Positions 11,660 to 25,600 of a stretch of DNA of 64,000 nucleotides are shown in pieces. Origin of the DNA: Owenia fusiformis. Its lineage: Eukaryota. The translations under genes were made by a program, and so were the position numbers. Below the pieces are notes generated by a model, which searched no databases, was not told the origin of the DNA, and saw only the letters and a list, made by a program, of their open reading frames with translations. How positions within the stretch are numbered: position 1 is the first letter of the stretch; every line of letters begins with the position of its first letter. The stretch is from the NCBI GenBank assembly GCA_903813345.2, contig CAIIXF020000001.1:33914001-33978000 (forward strand). Reading direction: 5' to 3'.

Positions 11660-12628
11660 CAGGGTGACCCAAAAAATGCAACCCTCCATTTCTTCAATAT
11701 TTTTCTTAAATGGAGATAAATTGCACTGAGATTTGGCACACAAGGACTTCATGCAATGTGGGATCCTCTGGCAAAGTTTTAATAATCATAGACTTATAAT
11801 GATAGAGTTATGGTTGTTTCAAAATATGCTCCAGATGTCGTCAATTTCGCTGAAAACAAACTTGCAATGTTCAAGGAAAACTGTTCATAACACGGATGCA
11901 TTCTTCCCCATGGGTATGGCTCAAATTTTTGCAGCCATTACTTATTGGAGTTCTGCAATTGCTGTAGGGTTATTTTCATACAAATTATCCTTTAAATAAC
12001 CCCATATATAGAAGTTAGGGGCATTGTAATCAAGACTGTGGGATGACCATGGGTTCTCCGTCCTAGGAGAGATCATCTTCTCATAGAAATGACTAGTGAG
12101 CCAGGCTATGCTATCATCAGAAGTGTGAGGAGAAGCTCCATCCTTCTAGAAACACTGTTCTTGTCTATTGAAGCCTCTATACCACTCTAGAACTGCCTAG
12201 AACTTCCTGGGAACGCAAATATTGCGCTGTGTGTTAACAATAACAGTGTTGGCATTATCAACCTCAAACCAAAAGGGGCTGATGATTTCATGTTTGGAAA
12301 TTGGCAGCCCAAGCTGTGCATTTAACAGAATGAAGGGGCCTTTGAAGCACTTCATCTGGAATTTGTGATCCCAGAACACATTATTTCTTGAGTTTACATG
12401 TTCAGAAAGAAGGGAATGTGATTCATCTGAAAACCTAACATTGGAAATGGACGACATTTGGAGCATATTTTGGAACGACCATATCAATATAAGACTATGG
12501 TTATTGAAACTTTGCCAGAGGATCCCACATTGAATGAAGTCCTTGTGTGCCAAATTTCAGAGCAATTAACCTCCATTTAAGAAAAGTATTGAAGAAATGG
12601 AGGGTTGCATTTTTTTGGGGTCACCCTG
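11660..12628 (-). mobile_element. Deleted Tc1/mariner element with catalytic-core remnant
   Basis: ~185-bp TIRs starting CAGGGTGACCC, TA TSD. Minus-strand remnants FSDESH...VNSRNNVFW, DGASPH and FYIWGYLKDNLY, interrupted by stops and frameshifts. Confidence 0.8.
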
Positions 12629-12642
12629 TATAAGTATACGTT

Positions 12643-13702
12643 CATTCTCCCACATTTCGAGTATGGCAATATTATTTTTGACAGCGCAAATCTAAACCTC
12701 TTAGCAAGTTTAGATAGAGTCCAATATAGAGCGGGTCTTATTGTAAGTGGTTGCATCCAAGGGTCAAACTCTGAGAAGGTGATGGCATGTCTTGGATTGA
12801 GATCCTTATCCAATCGAAGAAAAGAAAAAAACTAGTTTTTATGTTGGACTTTGTAAATAATTATAAGATGCCATCATATGTTTCAAATGTTTTTGAACAG
12901 TATAAGAATCAGGTAAACCACCAAAGACTTCGTTGTAGCAATGATTTTAAGATCCCATTCAAAGCATCTGCTAAACTTAGAAAGTTTACAGCTTTATCCA
13001 GTATTAAATTATGGGATAATTTACCTGATGAACTGAAACAAGCACACTCACGCAACTCATTTAAGTATAAAATTAGAACATTTTTGAATGGGAAAAAGAA
13101 AGAATTCACAACCCCAAGATTAAACCTATCCAGAGATAAAGAAATTGTCTAAATAAAACGAGATGTGATCTCATTTTTAGGCAGCATCTTTTTTACATAA
13201 CTTCAAAAATATTCCAAATGCCAAATGTAAATGTGGTCATTCTACTGAATCAACCAAACACCTATTGCTCCATTGCCCTCTTTTTAACACTCAAAGACTC
13301 AATTTTCACAGAGAACTATAGCCATCCTTTAATTTAAACTCTTTTAATAATAGAAAACAGGAAGACAGGGTTGACTTTCTACTTTTTGCAGATCCTTCTC
13401 TTGACACAATTACAAATAAAAAGGCTATTGAATTAACAGCCGAATTTTTACACTCTATTGTCAAGGAAGTTAAATAGTCCAATATTCATTAATTTATACA
13501 TATATCTCTGACCTGTCTTCATGTTTTCAAGATTATTTTCATGTTCATAAATATGTTCTAAAGAATGCATCATTTTTACATTGTGACCTATTTGAACTTA
13601 TATTGTAACTACTTCAACAGGGCCAATAATGCTTCGGCGTAGGCCCTGTATCTGTTTGTATGATGTATTATGAAATAAAGGAAATATAAAAATTAAAAAA
13701 AA
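12643..13702 (+). mobile_element. 5'-truncated LINE 3' fragment, related to the 30.7-34.5 kb LINE
   Basis: FILPHFEYGNIIFDS...SGCIQGS matches FILPHFDYGTIIYNS...SGCIHGS of the large LINE. CKCGH...HLLLHC finger near 13225-13280, AATAAA and A-tail, 11-bp near-TSD AAGTA(T/C)ACGTT (12632-12642, 13703-13713). Confidence 0.85.
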
Positions 13703-13785
13703 AAGTACACGTTATAAGTTGTACTTTCACTAGGTGCGAAATCTCTCTATTGATAGATTGTTTTAACTTACCAATCATTCACTAA

Positions 13786-13848
13786 CATGTGCTGTCATAT
13801 TCAGCTCTGGCCTTCATGTGCTGTCATATTCAGCTCTGGCCTTCATGT
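13786..13848 (+). repeat. 29-bp tandem duplication
   Basis: CATGTGCTGTCATATTCAGCTCTGGCCTT occurs twice. Confidence 0.85.
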
Positions 13849-15111
13849 CAAAAGGGGGGTAATAAGGGTAACCTCCACACTGAATAAATTCAAAGTTCGC
13901 GCACCCCTCTTTTTCATTGATGATAGAACAGTTTACGATAAAAGGCCGAACGCAGAAAACATTGAAATTACGAACGAGGTACGTTCCGGGTATTCCTCTC
14001 GGCCTTGGAATTACTCCAGAATAGACCATCCATAGACGACATGCAACGACATCTAATTTTCGTCGAGTGAATCATTTCCAAAAATAATCAATTTTAAGAG
14101 AAAATTGCACAAAATGGATTTGCGAGACGACATCTATCTAACACAAGAAAAATTCTATTAAAGAGATCGCTCAAAAATATTGAAAAAATGAAACCATTTT
14201 TCTCAACAATCATAAGACATACTTCTCATGGATCGAATCACGATTTCTTTACAGAAAATAAGACTTTGCTTTATTATGAGGCTACGGTATATGTTATTTT
14301 GCTGCTTAAAAACGTCAAGTCATTCTATTTACGCACTAAGAAACGGTACAAAATATAAGATGCAATTTCATCGCTTCGCCAAAAAAGTTCTACAAAATGC
14401 GTTTTTCATAATTTAAAAATAATATTTTAGAATATAAAAATTCATCACACCTCCGATATTGTCTGAAAATTCCATAATGATCGTGTAGAAAATAAAAAAG
14501 TTGCAGCTCTAGAAAGCTCTCTCTATCGAGCCTCTTCTTTTGGAAATACTTTGAAACTTTACCAATCAAATGTACCCTTTACAAATACAGAATGTGCAAC
14601 ACAAAGCTTCCAATTTAAATAAATAGTACCATGCAGGTACTGTGTTCACATGGAGTAGTGAAAATGTGAATCTTCCGCAACAAGAAACACTGGCATGTAG
14701 CGATCCTGATATCCATAAATTCTACACGCAATTAAACCAGATCCTACACGCGTGATTAAAATCTTAGCTGTAGGAGCTTCGATATCCCGGCACTTACTCT
14801 TACACTGAACTGTAAATAGAATCGTATGCACGGGTATGTGTTGACTTCCGTGTAACTTTATCAACATTTTTACTCAACTTGGAGAAATAGTTGGATTTAA
14901 TTTAGTGTGAATGCATTTGTAACACGATTTGTTGCTGATAGAGTTTCGTTAGAATAGCCATTAAATGTCAAGATAAGAACCTGAATTTAAATTATCTGAC
15001 AAATAACGTTTCTGACATTAGAGTGTACATTCGCCTTTATTCTGACCTTACACATACATTTGCATTAGAAGGCCTTGCTCAATCAGTTTCTATACGTCCA
15101 TTGCAGGCACA

Positions 15112-16078
15112 CAGCATATCAAAAAAAACGCAACAAGTAGTTATCTCGTAAAATTCCAAAACTAGTGATGACTATGTACCATAAAGCCACGTCTCTCCTC
15201 TTTGCAATGATATGTCATTCATTCACATGTGATAATGGTTGGGTGAGAAATCCTTCCATTTGCACTGTGGGTCAAAATCGACTCTGGGCCAAGTTTTAGA
15301 TATTGCAAAAATCAGTGCAAGGGTTAAGTGCCAATGGAAGTTCCTCTGACTTCAATTGTTGTGACTTTTTCTTTTGGAACTATCTCAGGAGCATCTGTGC
15401 TCACAATTCCTCCACCAGATATTGCAAAACCTCGAGAAAGAAGTGCCCATGAGCTGCTTTTCTCTGCTTTAACCCACAGATGACTCAGGGCTGACGTGGA
15501 CAGATGAGCGCATCTTTATGTGCAAGGAAGTGCTGGCAATTTGGAGGGGTATAGGATGTATTCTTGCAAGAGTATGAGTATGAACACTTTACTGTCTATG
15601 CAACACCTGTCACACCTTCTTCCAATAGCCCCTATGCCCCTTGTACTGACTTTTGCAATGTTTAAAATTTAGGTCCGAGCTGAATTTTGCCCCACTTTGC
15701 AAAATTAATGATTATTCGGCCAGCCATGACTCTCTGTGGATGAATGATATTCCATTGCAAAGAGGAGTAATTTGGCTTTTTGGTTCATTGAATGAAAAGG
15801 ATGCAGTCAGGATTGGTTTTATGTTTTCTTCCAATTTTGCATCAGGCTCCGTACACTGACTTTTGCGATGTTTATAACTTGGTCAAAAGCTAGTTTTGGC
15901 CTACTTGGCAAATGGAATGATTACTCGCCCAACCATGAACAAATATCAATCAATGATATATCATTGTAAAGAGGAGACATATGGCTTTATGGTGCATTGA
16001 ATGAAATCAATGCTGTTATCACTGGTTTTGTGCTTTTCCGAGATAACAATCTGTTGCGTTTTTTGTTGATACGCACTG
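15112..16078. mobile_element. Degenerate Tc1/mariner-like MITE with an internal ~208-bp duplication
   Basis: Inverted ends TATCAAAAAAAACGCAACA..GTTATCTCG / CGAGATAAC..TGTTGCGTTTTTTGTTGATA..CTG-TA; 15643-15830 resembles 15851-16040. Confidence 0.55.
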
Positions 16079-16582
16079 TATTTCAATAAACATGTAGTGA
16101 ATAAAAAAATTCAAATGATACATATGCTATATTGATGATACATGAAACATCAGTGACAATTGGTATTTTCAATTCTTGAATTGGGACTTGAATTTACCAG
16201 CAACTTCGAGACGTAGTTTTTTTCGAGCCGTGAATTTAAGCAGTCCTATTGTGTGCCGTTCCAATAAATGAACTAATCTTCGATCTTGATTGAATATATT
16301 ACACACTAAATATTCTCTGTGACTACATGTACACAGTTTATATATGATTTAAGTTGTAAGTACATCGTCACTTTCCACTGGGTCTGAAGAGGTAGGAACA
16401 ATCAAAATGCAACACTGAATAGACTGCAGTCATAGCTTATTTGTACAGAATACAAAAGAATGGTAGGTGGTAGGTGTACAAAGGCATATAACTTCGAAAT
16501 AATTCAATTAAGTATATCAGGATCGCTATAATTGCTACATGCCGGTGAGAAAGGCTGCCATTTAATAAAAAATTAGCAAGCT

Positions 16583-18340
16583 TCCCAGCTAACAATTTTA
16601 CGTTGTGATAACGTCGTCAGAATATATGTCTCAAGTTGTAGCAACGTTAATATGGAACGTTGTAGGTACAGGAAGGTGTGGACTCGCATTGATGTTTAAA
16701 GAACGTTACATTTGACTTAAATATCACGTGTCAGAAACGTAGTAGCGACCTTAACAATAACGTCACCAAAATAACGAAAATGTAACGTACTTACATTACG
16801 TCATATATACGTGGCCAATCTAAATTTCTGGTAACGTTGATATGGAACGTTGTAGGTACAGGAAGGTGTGGACTCGCATAGATGTTTAAAGAACGTTACA
16901 TTTGACTTAAATATCACGTGTCAGAAACGTAGTAGCGACCTTAACAATTACGTCACCAAAATAACGAAAACGTAACGTACTTACATTACGTCATATATAC
17001 GTGGCCATTCTAAATTTCTGGTAACGTTGATATGGAACGTTGTAGGTACAGGAAGGTGTGGACTCGCACAGATGTTTAAAGAACGTTACATTTGACTTAA
17101 ATATAACGTGTCAGGAACGTAGTAGTGACCTTAACAATTACGTCGCCAAAATAACGAAACTGTAACGTACTTACATTACGTCATATATACGTGGCCAATC
17201 TAAATTTCTGGTAACGTTGATATGGAACGTTGTAGGTACAGGAAGGTGTGGACTCGCATAGATGTTTAAAGAACGTTACATTTGACTTAAATATCACGTG
17301 TCAGAAACGTAGTAGCGACCTTAACAATTACGTCACCAAAATAACGAAAACGTAACGTACTTACATTACGTCATATATACGTGGCCATTCTAAATTTCTG
17401 GTAACGTTGATATGGAACGTTGTAGGTACAGGAAGGTGTGGACTCGCACAGATGTTTAAAGAACGTTACATTTGACTTAAATATCACGTGTCAGGAACGT
17501 AGTAGTGACCTTAACAATTACGTCGCCAAAATAACGAAACTGTAACGTACTTACATTACGTCATATATACGTGGCCAATCTAAATTTCTGGTAACGTTGA
17601 TATGGAACGTTGTAGGTACAGGAAGGTGTGGACTCGCATAGATGTTTAAAGAACGTTACATTTGACTTAAATATCACTTGTCAGAAACGTAGTAGCGACC
17701 TTAACAATTACGTCACCAAAATAACGAAAATGTAACGTACTTACATTACGTCATATATACGTGGCCATTCTAAATTTCTGGTAACGTTGATATGGAACGT
17801 TGTAGGTACAGGAAGGTGTGGATCACTCGCACAGATGTTTATAAAACGTTACATTTGACTTAAATATCACGTGTCAGGAACGTAGTAGCGACCTTATCAA
17901 TTACGTCGCCAAAATAACGAGACTGTAACGTACTTACATTACGTCATATATACGTGGCCAATCTAAATTTCTGGTAACGTTAATATGGAACGTTGTAGGT
18001 ACAGGAAGGTGTGGACTCGCACAGATGTTTATTAAACGTTACATTTGACTTAAGTTTCACGTGCCAGGAATGTAGAACCAACTTTAACAATGACTTCGCA
18101 AAAATAACGAAACTGTCATGTACTTATGTAACGTCACATATACGTGCCCGGTTTAAAGTGCTGGTACGTTAATTATGGAACGTTGTAGGTACAGGAAGGT
18201 GTGGACTCGCACAGATGTTTAAAGAACGTTACATTTGACTTAAATATCACGTGCCAGGAATGTAGTAGCAACCTTAACGTCTTTGCCAAAATAAAAAGAC
18301 TGTAACGTTCTTGTCACATACATAGCCAATTTTAACTTCT
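16583..18340 (+). repeat. 190-bp tandem array (~9 copies) after a CCCAGCTAACA end, probably the subterminal array of a CMC/EnSpm-like element
   Basis: TGTAGGTACAGGAAGGTGTGG at 16661, 16851, 17041, 17231, 17421, 17611, 17801, ~17994 and ~18184; many AACGTT/ACGT motifs. No partner end found. Confidence 0.85.
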
Positions 18341-18850
18341 GGTTACATCAAATTAGGACAACACATGCAAGGAATGTTCTCGTAACGTTAATTATGACAT
18401 CAACAAGATATAGTGACAGTTATCCGGTAATGACTAACGTCCAGTTAAATGAATCATTACATGATTATATAGCTAATTTAAATTTCCAGTACAGGAAGAT
18501 GTAGACACCGATGTTCAGTAAAATTATATATAACACACTAAGCCTAACAGTTTCACATGTGAAGGTAAAAGACAACTAACTTATGCTTTGACTTATTAAC
18601 AAATGTATATTGTTTTTCCAATAATTAATGAGTTAATACACAAGAACTTTTTTGAGCATCTAGATAGAGAATATTGACACACAGAATTGAACTTAAAGAA
18701 AAGTCTCGTATGTCATCTATCAAAAATCTATCCTATTAAGTATTTTATTAACCCCTAAACGGTTAGGGAGGTGGGTTGAAATTGAATTAGGCATATTTTA
18801 ACTAATAAATTGAATACTTGTTATCTTTCCAATGATACCTAATATATAGA

Positions 18851-19354
18851 GGTTATTTAATGGGAGATTTTTGATACAGGGTATATCTGAGGGAAATATA
18901 CCGGTACCGGTAAATAAGGTATTTACCGAGGGATATACCTTGTATCAAAAATCGAGCATTTAATAACTGATTTATCCTATACTTAGTAGATTATGAGAAT
19001 TAAATATGCATTGAATGTTAGGGTACCCTAATGTAGTAATTCAAACGATAATTTCAATCAAAACATGAATATTTTATTTAAAGTCCTCAAAGATTTTTGT
19101 TTTTTTAAAACTCAACAGCTTTTAACATTTTAAAGTGTATGAAAATAATATTTATCAAATAGAGCCAAAGTGTATCCCGGGAATTCAAAAAAAGCACCGA
19201 AAGAAATTCCCGGGGATTGCTGATGAGCGGATGATATATATATATATATCTCCCACTCAACTCAGTGGGAGATATATATATCACCCGCTTACCTTAGATA
19301 TTAATTATATTTCTGCATGTTATTTACCTTTAACACTACTAAGTATGGGATAAA
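18851..19354. mobile_element. Hairpin-rich non-autonomous element (Crypton-like architecture, family uncertain)
   Basis: Imperfect palindromes at 18852-18967 and 19225-19290, plus a 19-bp inverted pair TTTATCCTATACTTAGTAG (18971) / CTACTAAGTATGGGATAAA (19336). Confidence 0.5.
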
Positions 19355-19588
19355 CCCTTGTTTAATATTTCGATATTCCATTTCCGAGATTGTGTCCAAA
19401 TCTCGGCAGATCTGTTCGCCCGCCTTTACTATGAATGTAATTATCTATAGCCTAACTGTTTAGGGGTTATATTGTTATTTTTCTGAACTGGAATGAATAA
19501 ATACTCTAATTTGAGCTTGAACAAATGCTCTATTAGTTAACAAGGTATTGATTGTCAATAAGCAATAATGACCATTTTAAGTGGGGAA

Positions 19589-20517
19589 TAAAGGATGAGT
19601 CTGGGAATGAGTCTTGATATTGACTTAGGAAATATTGAATATTGTAGTGTCTGAAAAACCAACTCAATCACACATATTATTAAACTTCAATGTCTTATTC
19701 TTCTTCTGAGAGTACAAAAATATCAATCTGTATCACAATTAATGAAGAATATTGGCATCAAAGAGAATGCATATGACTATGCCACAATTGAAAAAAAAAT
19801 TCAAGTGCAAATACTAAATGAATAATTTATACAAAAAGTTTGATACATATCCTCCAAAACATTGCTTTCTTTCTTTGTATTGACATTGAATGGTATTTCT
19901 TGATAAGTGAATTGGTGTTTATCTGAGTAATCAAGGGATTATAGTCACTCAAAGTTATGAGCATCCAGTTTTGACACTTCAATTGTGTTGGTGAAATTAT
20001 ACATATTTCATTCAAATTCATGCTGAGCACAACATTTTGGTTTCAATTTTATAATCTCTGCATGACCCTGGTGATGAAGAGTCAGAATCAGTCAAAAAAA
20101 ACAAACTGGAAAACTGTGCTCATTGTGAAAACTAAAAGTGAAGCTACGTTTTTCTGATATTTCTTATATAAAATGGCAGCCATCTTACTTTTTCCACTTC
20201 AAATTAAACTGGCGGTAAATTCAAAAGTTTGAAAAAAATTTTATCCTAAAATATATTTAAAAAATATGATTTTTTTTAAAAATTCTTCATGGGCCTTTTA
20301 AGTTATTTTTATTTTACATGCCATACATGTTGCAATTGGTGTTTCTTTCTATGATAATGATTATTTGTTTTCTGTTAGGATACTTATTTTGACTCTCATC
20401 AAAACTCATGAAAAAGTAAATATACTTAACAAATATAACTAGGACAGTTATAAAAATCATATTTCACATCCATTTAACTGAGGGACCAAAAGGGCATATA
20501 TCCAGACTCATCCTTTA
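19589..20517. mobile_element. MITE with AGG...CCT ends (Kolobok-like)
   Basis: 16-bp inverted repeat TAAAGGATGAGTCTGG / CCAGACTCATCCTTTA with degenerate TTAA-like flanks. Confidence 0.55.
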
Positions 20518-22017
20518 GAAAAATTGCATGTTTCAGTATTAAGCCATTATATCTATGCAATCTTAAAAGTACTGTCTCGTTACTTGTTATAGAGATAAAA
20601 ATTTAATTCAAACTGGCTTGCAAATACTGTTTATGCTAAGTGTTCATTTTTCCTTGAAAGCATGAGCTCTCATTGGTCCTCATCACTTCCCAAATGTTTC
20701 TTTAAATGACTCAGCTCAGTCGTTGTTTCCCTGGGTGCATGTTTAACACATTGCCATTTCTGCTTGTTTTTGAACATTTTCCTGGAAAAAATCAATCTAT
20801 TGAAAAGTATGAAATGTAACCTGTATACCCATACCCACTCTGTATATTTTGCAGTGTCATTTTCAATCAAAATTGACCTAGCGATCTATTCTTTACAATC
20901 TCAGATACAATATGTCTCAAAGGTCTACAATGTGTTCTAAATCAGTAAGTTATCAAGGATTAAAAGTGAAAAAATCGGGAAAATGTTTAAATTCTTCCAA
21001 ATATAAATATGGAAGCCATATAAAATACATAGTTGTAAAATTCTTTGGTAAAATTCTCTAGACCTAAGTATTCCTGAAGTAAAGTATGCACTTTAGATTT
21101 TTAGAATATAGAATGACAAGGATCTTGCTAGATTTGATTCTGCCTTAAACTTAATATATATATATATATATACATGATATATAAAATACTACTATAATGA
21201 ATAATATAGATTAACCTGGACTTACAGAAGTCACTTTCCTCACACCTCCCAAAGCTCAGAGGACTCTTCTGCCTAACTTCAAAAAACGTCAAATGTTCCA
21301 TTCTGCTTGTACTGCTAGTTTGTCTGAAATATTTTAGAGACTTTTAGTATAAACATTATATATTAGTTGGTTATGTGAAAATGCACCTGGGGTGTTACCT
21401 TTCTTCCACCAGATCTGATCTTTGTCTCAGGAGACTTTTTGGGACTACTCTGAGTAAAACAATCCCTATGCTCATCTGTTTATAGATCCCTAGTAGCTTT
21501 TCATACTATCCTTTTGTATTTCTAGAATCACATAGCCAAAACATTCCTCTGTTGACTCTGATAATCTTCATCCAATGATCTAACTAGAGATTTATTTATT
21601 AAAATATTCTGTTGGATACTAATTTGAAATGTTGGAACAGTAGGCCATAGGAAAGTAGATACCTGAGAGTGACTCTTTAACGTTCCTAGAAAAAATATGT
21701 TAACGAACGAAAATAATTTTGAGAAGGACTAAAAATATCCCCGTTCTATCACAATGAATGTATAGCGCAAGTCATTGAAGGACTACCTTAAAAGCACATT
21801 ATAAGCTTGATTAAGCCTGCATTACTGCATATTATGCTTTGATAAAGGAAAAATGATAGAAACTCAGCACTAAATCGTAAATTGTTTTCCCTTAAAGTAA
21901 TGCATATCACATGTTCACAATAGATAAGTCAGCTAATAGTTTGAATTTTTGCCAGGATTATAAAGGATTTTACGATAACTTGCAATATTCCTGAGTGTTC
22001 CAAGAGATAATGTTGGC

Positions 22018-22225
22018 CAGGCCCGTAGCCAGGGGGGTTCGCAGGGTTCGGGCGAACCCCCCCCCCCCCTGGCCAAAAATTCTTTCAAAATCATGCAGTT
22101 TTTCACCATTTTGAGTACTTCTCGAGTGATTTTACCCATATTTGGGCCAAAATTGTCAAATGTGAACCCCCCTGGAAATTTTTGAAAAATGAACCCCCCC
22201 TTGGCAAATCCTGGCTACGGGCCTG
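22018..22225. mobile_element. 208-bp hAT-like MITE with 5-bp TSD
   Basis: TIR CAGGCCCGTAGCCAGG / CCTGGCTACGGGCCTG; TTGGC on both sides (22013-22017, 22226-22230); internal GAACCCCCC motifs. Confidence 0.8.
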
Positions 22226-22418
22226 TTGGCCTACCTGATTAGCATGGAACACCACTCATCTCAACACAAGGGTCATCTCAGGGTTATCATGGGTGAAAGC
22301 TACAACATCCTTGTTCATCTCCTACTCCTGAAAACAGAATAGGTAGATGGAAAAATAGAGGACAATACTAGTACTTTAAAAGACTGTTACTTTATTTTAT
22401 ACTTTTATTTCAAATTGT

Positions 22419-22609
22419 ATCCACAATTGTCTGGGTTTATCGGCAGAACAAAGAAATTTTCTTTTTTAATCACAATAATTGTGTGTAATTGTCAGTAAAA
22501 TGGGGAATCCCCTTTTAAATCCAACCACCATCTTGGAAAGTGATGGAATATCTCTCGATGAAAAGGAAAAATGTTCCCGTTCTGCCGATATACCCAGACA
22601 ATTGTGGAT
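22419..22609. mobile_element. Small MITE / foldback element
   Basis: ~31-bp inverted repeat ATCCACAATTGTCTGGGT(T/A)TATCGGCAGAAC. Confidence 0.65.
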
Positions 22610-25600
22610 TCAGCTACATGAAAAGAATGCTAAAATACCCAGGAATCTATTGAAGAAGGTATCTTAAGTTTAAGGGCATAGATTATTCTCCCAAGTTGTA
22701 ATTGTACAGGCAAAAGATTGCGCTCAATGCAGGACTATAGTCCTGGCACGGGATAAGCTTTAACATTACAACGGTCATGACAGGCCATGCTATATAAAAA
22801 TATAGCATTGTTACGGTTATATCAGGCTATCATGATAAAAGTACCACGGTCATGGCAGGATCCTTGCGAAACTTAAAAACACTTAATAACATGGTGACGG
22901 TTGTGCCAGGCATAAGTCAACAGATAGGGTCTCCATTTGATTGCTTATTTTTTAAATTCAAAGTAGATCTAGTTCCAAACATTAAATAAAAATATACATC
23001 TTTTAGGGGATACATGTATGTATCTAGACAATATTGGAAACTATGGGCTTTCAGATTAAGATTAGTCTAGGAAATGGTACATACAAAATCCGGCCTGCCA
23101 TTTACATGTATTAATTTTATGTTTACCCAGAAAGGTGTTCTTTAACTTCTATTATGTGGCTTAAGGAGTCGCTCCTACTCATTCTATTTTTACAAAAGCT
23201 AAATATGCAATCAGAAAGGAACTTCAAGGTTCTTGTGAAAAATACCCAGTTATTGCGGATTGATGGCCCAGTTCATACGAAGTTAGGTATTTACGCTTAA
23301 CTGCTTAGTTGTGGTGCTCAGCACCACATATTCATAAGATCATGTCTTTACCATCAACTTCGTATGTTGTGGCGCTTCGCACCACCTCTTCATATGAACA
23401 TGGGTATTTACTCTAAACTTCATGTTGTGGTGACTCAACCTTATTCTGAAATCCTCTGACTACCCAGCTTTACCCATTCTTAGCAAGGGAAAGATCAATA
23501 CCCGGTGATTTCAGCGGGAAGTGGCGTTTCGTTCAGTGGATGAGCTGCGCGCGCACGCATAAATGTGATTATCAATATTATTAGGGGAGGGATATTCAAG
23601 CTTATTTTCGTCATAGGCACGACCCAGGGCTGTTGTCTTAAGGACATTTCGTTGAAAATTAGCCATTCGGCTGATAATTTGTAAGAGTTTGCGATCTTAT
23701 AATGTATAACTGTTATTCAGACACATATTTTGACACGATTCTGTTGGAATTAAAGATCTAATAGCAAAGGTTTTGCAAAAATAAATCAATGCAGTGTAAA
23801 ACAAATGTATGTATAATGAAGAAATAAATATTTAATGAAAAAATAGATATGTGTTTGTAATATTGGTATTAACTTAAGATTAAAAAGTGTCACTATCTCT
23901 TTCATTTTTCAACAAATATAGGCTCACGTTACATATGACGCGGGGCAGTCAATTTTGATCTATCGTAGACCATATCAGTATCAAACTGCCGATATTTCAA
24001 CCTCGTCTTGCGAGGCCATTTTTATTTGAAACATCTTGAATTTGGTGTCAAAATAAAGCTGGTCACGCCCACTTTCAGAGTTATCAATGAATCATTTACT
24101 ACGACTACTATATTCATTTAGGAGGCGTGTAAAGTTAACCAATCAGAAAGACAATTGCTCCATATATGACAGTTCATTAACATATTCAGTGTTTACTATT
24201 GTTTTTCGCGTCATGACAACACGAGTAGTAACCAATCAAAATGCCGTATTTTATCACGTGAGTTCAGAGTGACATGCACGACATGTAAGTTTAGTCTGAG
24301 CTGATCGCGATGTTGAACAATTTCTTCTCGGAATTTGTCCAGAGAAATCAGCGATTCTAAATTAAGGTAGGATCTCCCATTTCTTCCTGTACAAGTTTTA
24401 ACTTATCTCTATCGAATCCTAAAGTTTTGGATGAAGATATGAAGCATACGTTTAAAAACGAAGCGATTAATTTGACGATCTGATTTTGCAATTTGCAATG
24501 GCCAATTTACTGCAAGTCTGCGTGTATTTGACAAGAGATTGCGCCAAGTCTTGTATCCGAATGCTTGTTAAGCCACTCAAAAACAAGATCCATATTTTCT
24601 AAATTTGATAACTTTGCAGAGAGCCCGTTTTCATAACCTGTTTTCCGCGTCTAAATTTAAACTGAGTAGGATTATAGGATCGCTGGGATTCTCAGTCAAT
24701 GGCAACGGGTCTTCATTCCAGAACGCACATTTTTTTAGTTGATTCTCCGTCATAGTACTTGTCTTAAGTCCATATCTGCTCTTTTACTGGCATACTTGGA
24801 CATATTTCCCCTCCTTAAATTGTCCTCCTTAAATAACACCCTCTCGCCGATTTATATAGGCCTATAGCCATTTCCCAGAACCCGGGAGTCAGAATCGCTG
24901 ATGTTTGCCATATTGAACATGTTGAAATATGTTACTTCGGTCCAAAGCCTTCTCTGTAAGCTGGAGACTCGAGTAAGAAATATGTACTGTAATACTAATA
25001 TCTGTAATACTAGGCATTGCCTGCTACGCGTAGGGGTCACGTGACTAGCGCGATACAGGAAAAATGGGGAATTTCGAAACAACAATTTTTGGGCACTTTT
25101 ATTGCAAATTTCAGGTATTTATAAGTGTTTGTGGTATAAAATATAATCCACAGACATAAATGAACATCCAAACTACATATTTTATTACGTTTTGGAGCCT
25201 TTTTTGCTTTTAAAATGACATCTTTAAGCTTTGAACCGAAAGATATTCACGATTGATATGCACATTTTGATTGTGCCATTGCTTTTCCATTGCACAATCC
25301 ATGTATTGATAGAAGTAACAATAATGCAGATTGTTTTACCTTCAATACATGGCGGATTCACTACATATCGGTCTATTAAATACCATTTTGAGCCCTAAAT
25401 AGTTTTATATTTCCATCACGGCCTGGGTGTGTTTGTCTCTTATATGAGTGTGAATTGGTGGGGCTGGTAGGGCCACCAATCCCCTGGCCCCGCCCAGCCT
25501 TTATTCTACTTCCCACTTATTATAATTTATGCTGTAACATTTAGTGACTTCGCTGGAAAACAATAGGAATTATTTTTCTTGCCAATCAATCGTGAATCAC

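Larger units (their letters stand above)
9845..13748. mobile_element. Old TIR element of unknown superfamily hosting four nested insertions
   Basis: ~36-bp inverted ends AGAGAGATTTCGCAC(ATA/CT)AGTGAAAGTACAACTTATA at 9845-9881 and 13713-13748. Confidence 0.6.

Noticed and set aside
13860..14582. Kolobok-like MITE (AAGGGTA...TACCCTTTA)
   Set aside because: Only ~7 bp of inverted match and no intact TTAA TSD.
20670..22330. Possible minus-strand exons (splice-like ends near 21226-21323 and 22260-22330)
   Set aside because: The frames I translated contain stops and no protein family was recognisable; at most a decayed transposon gene.
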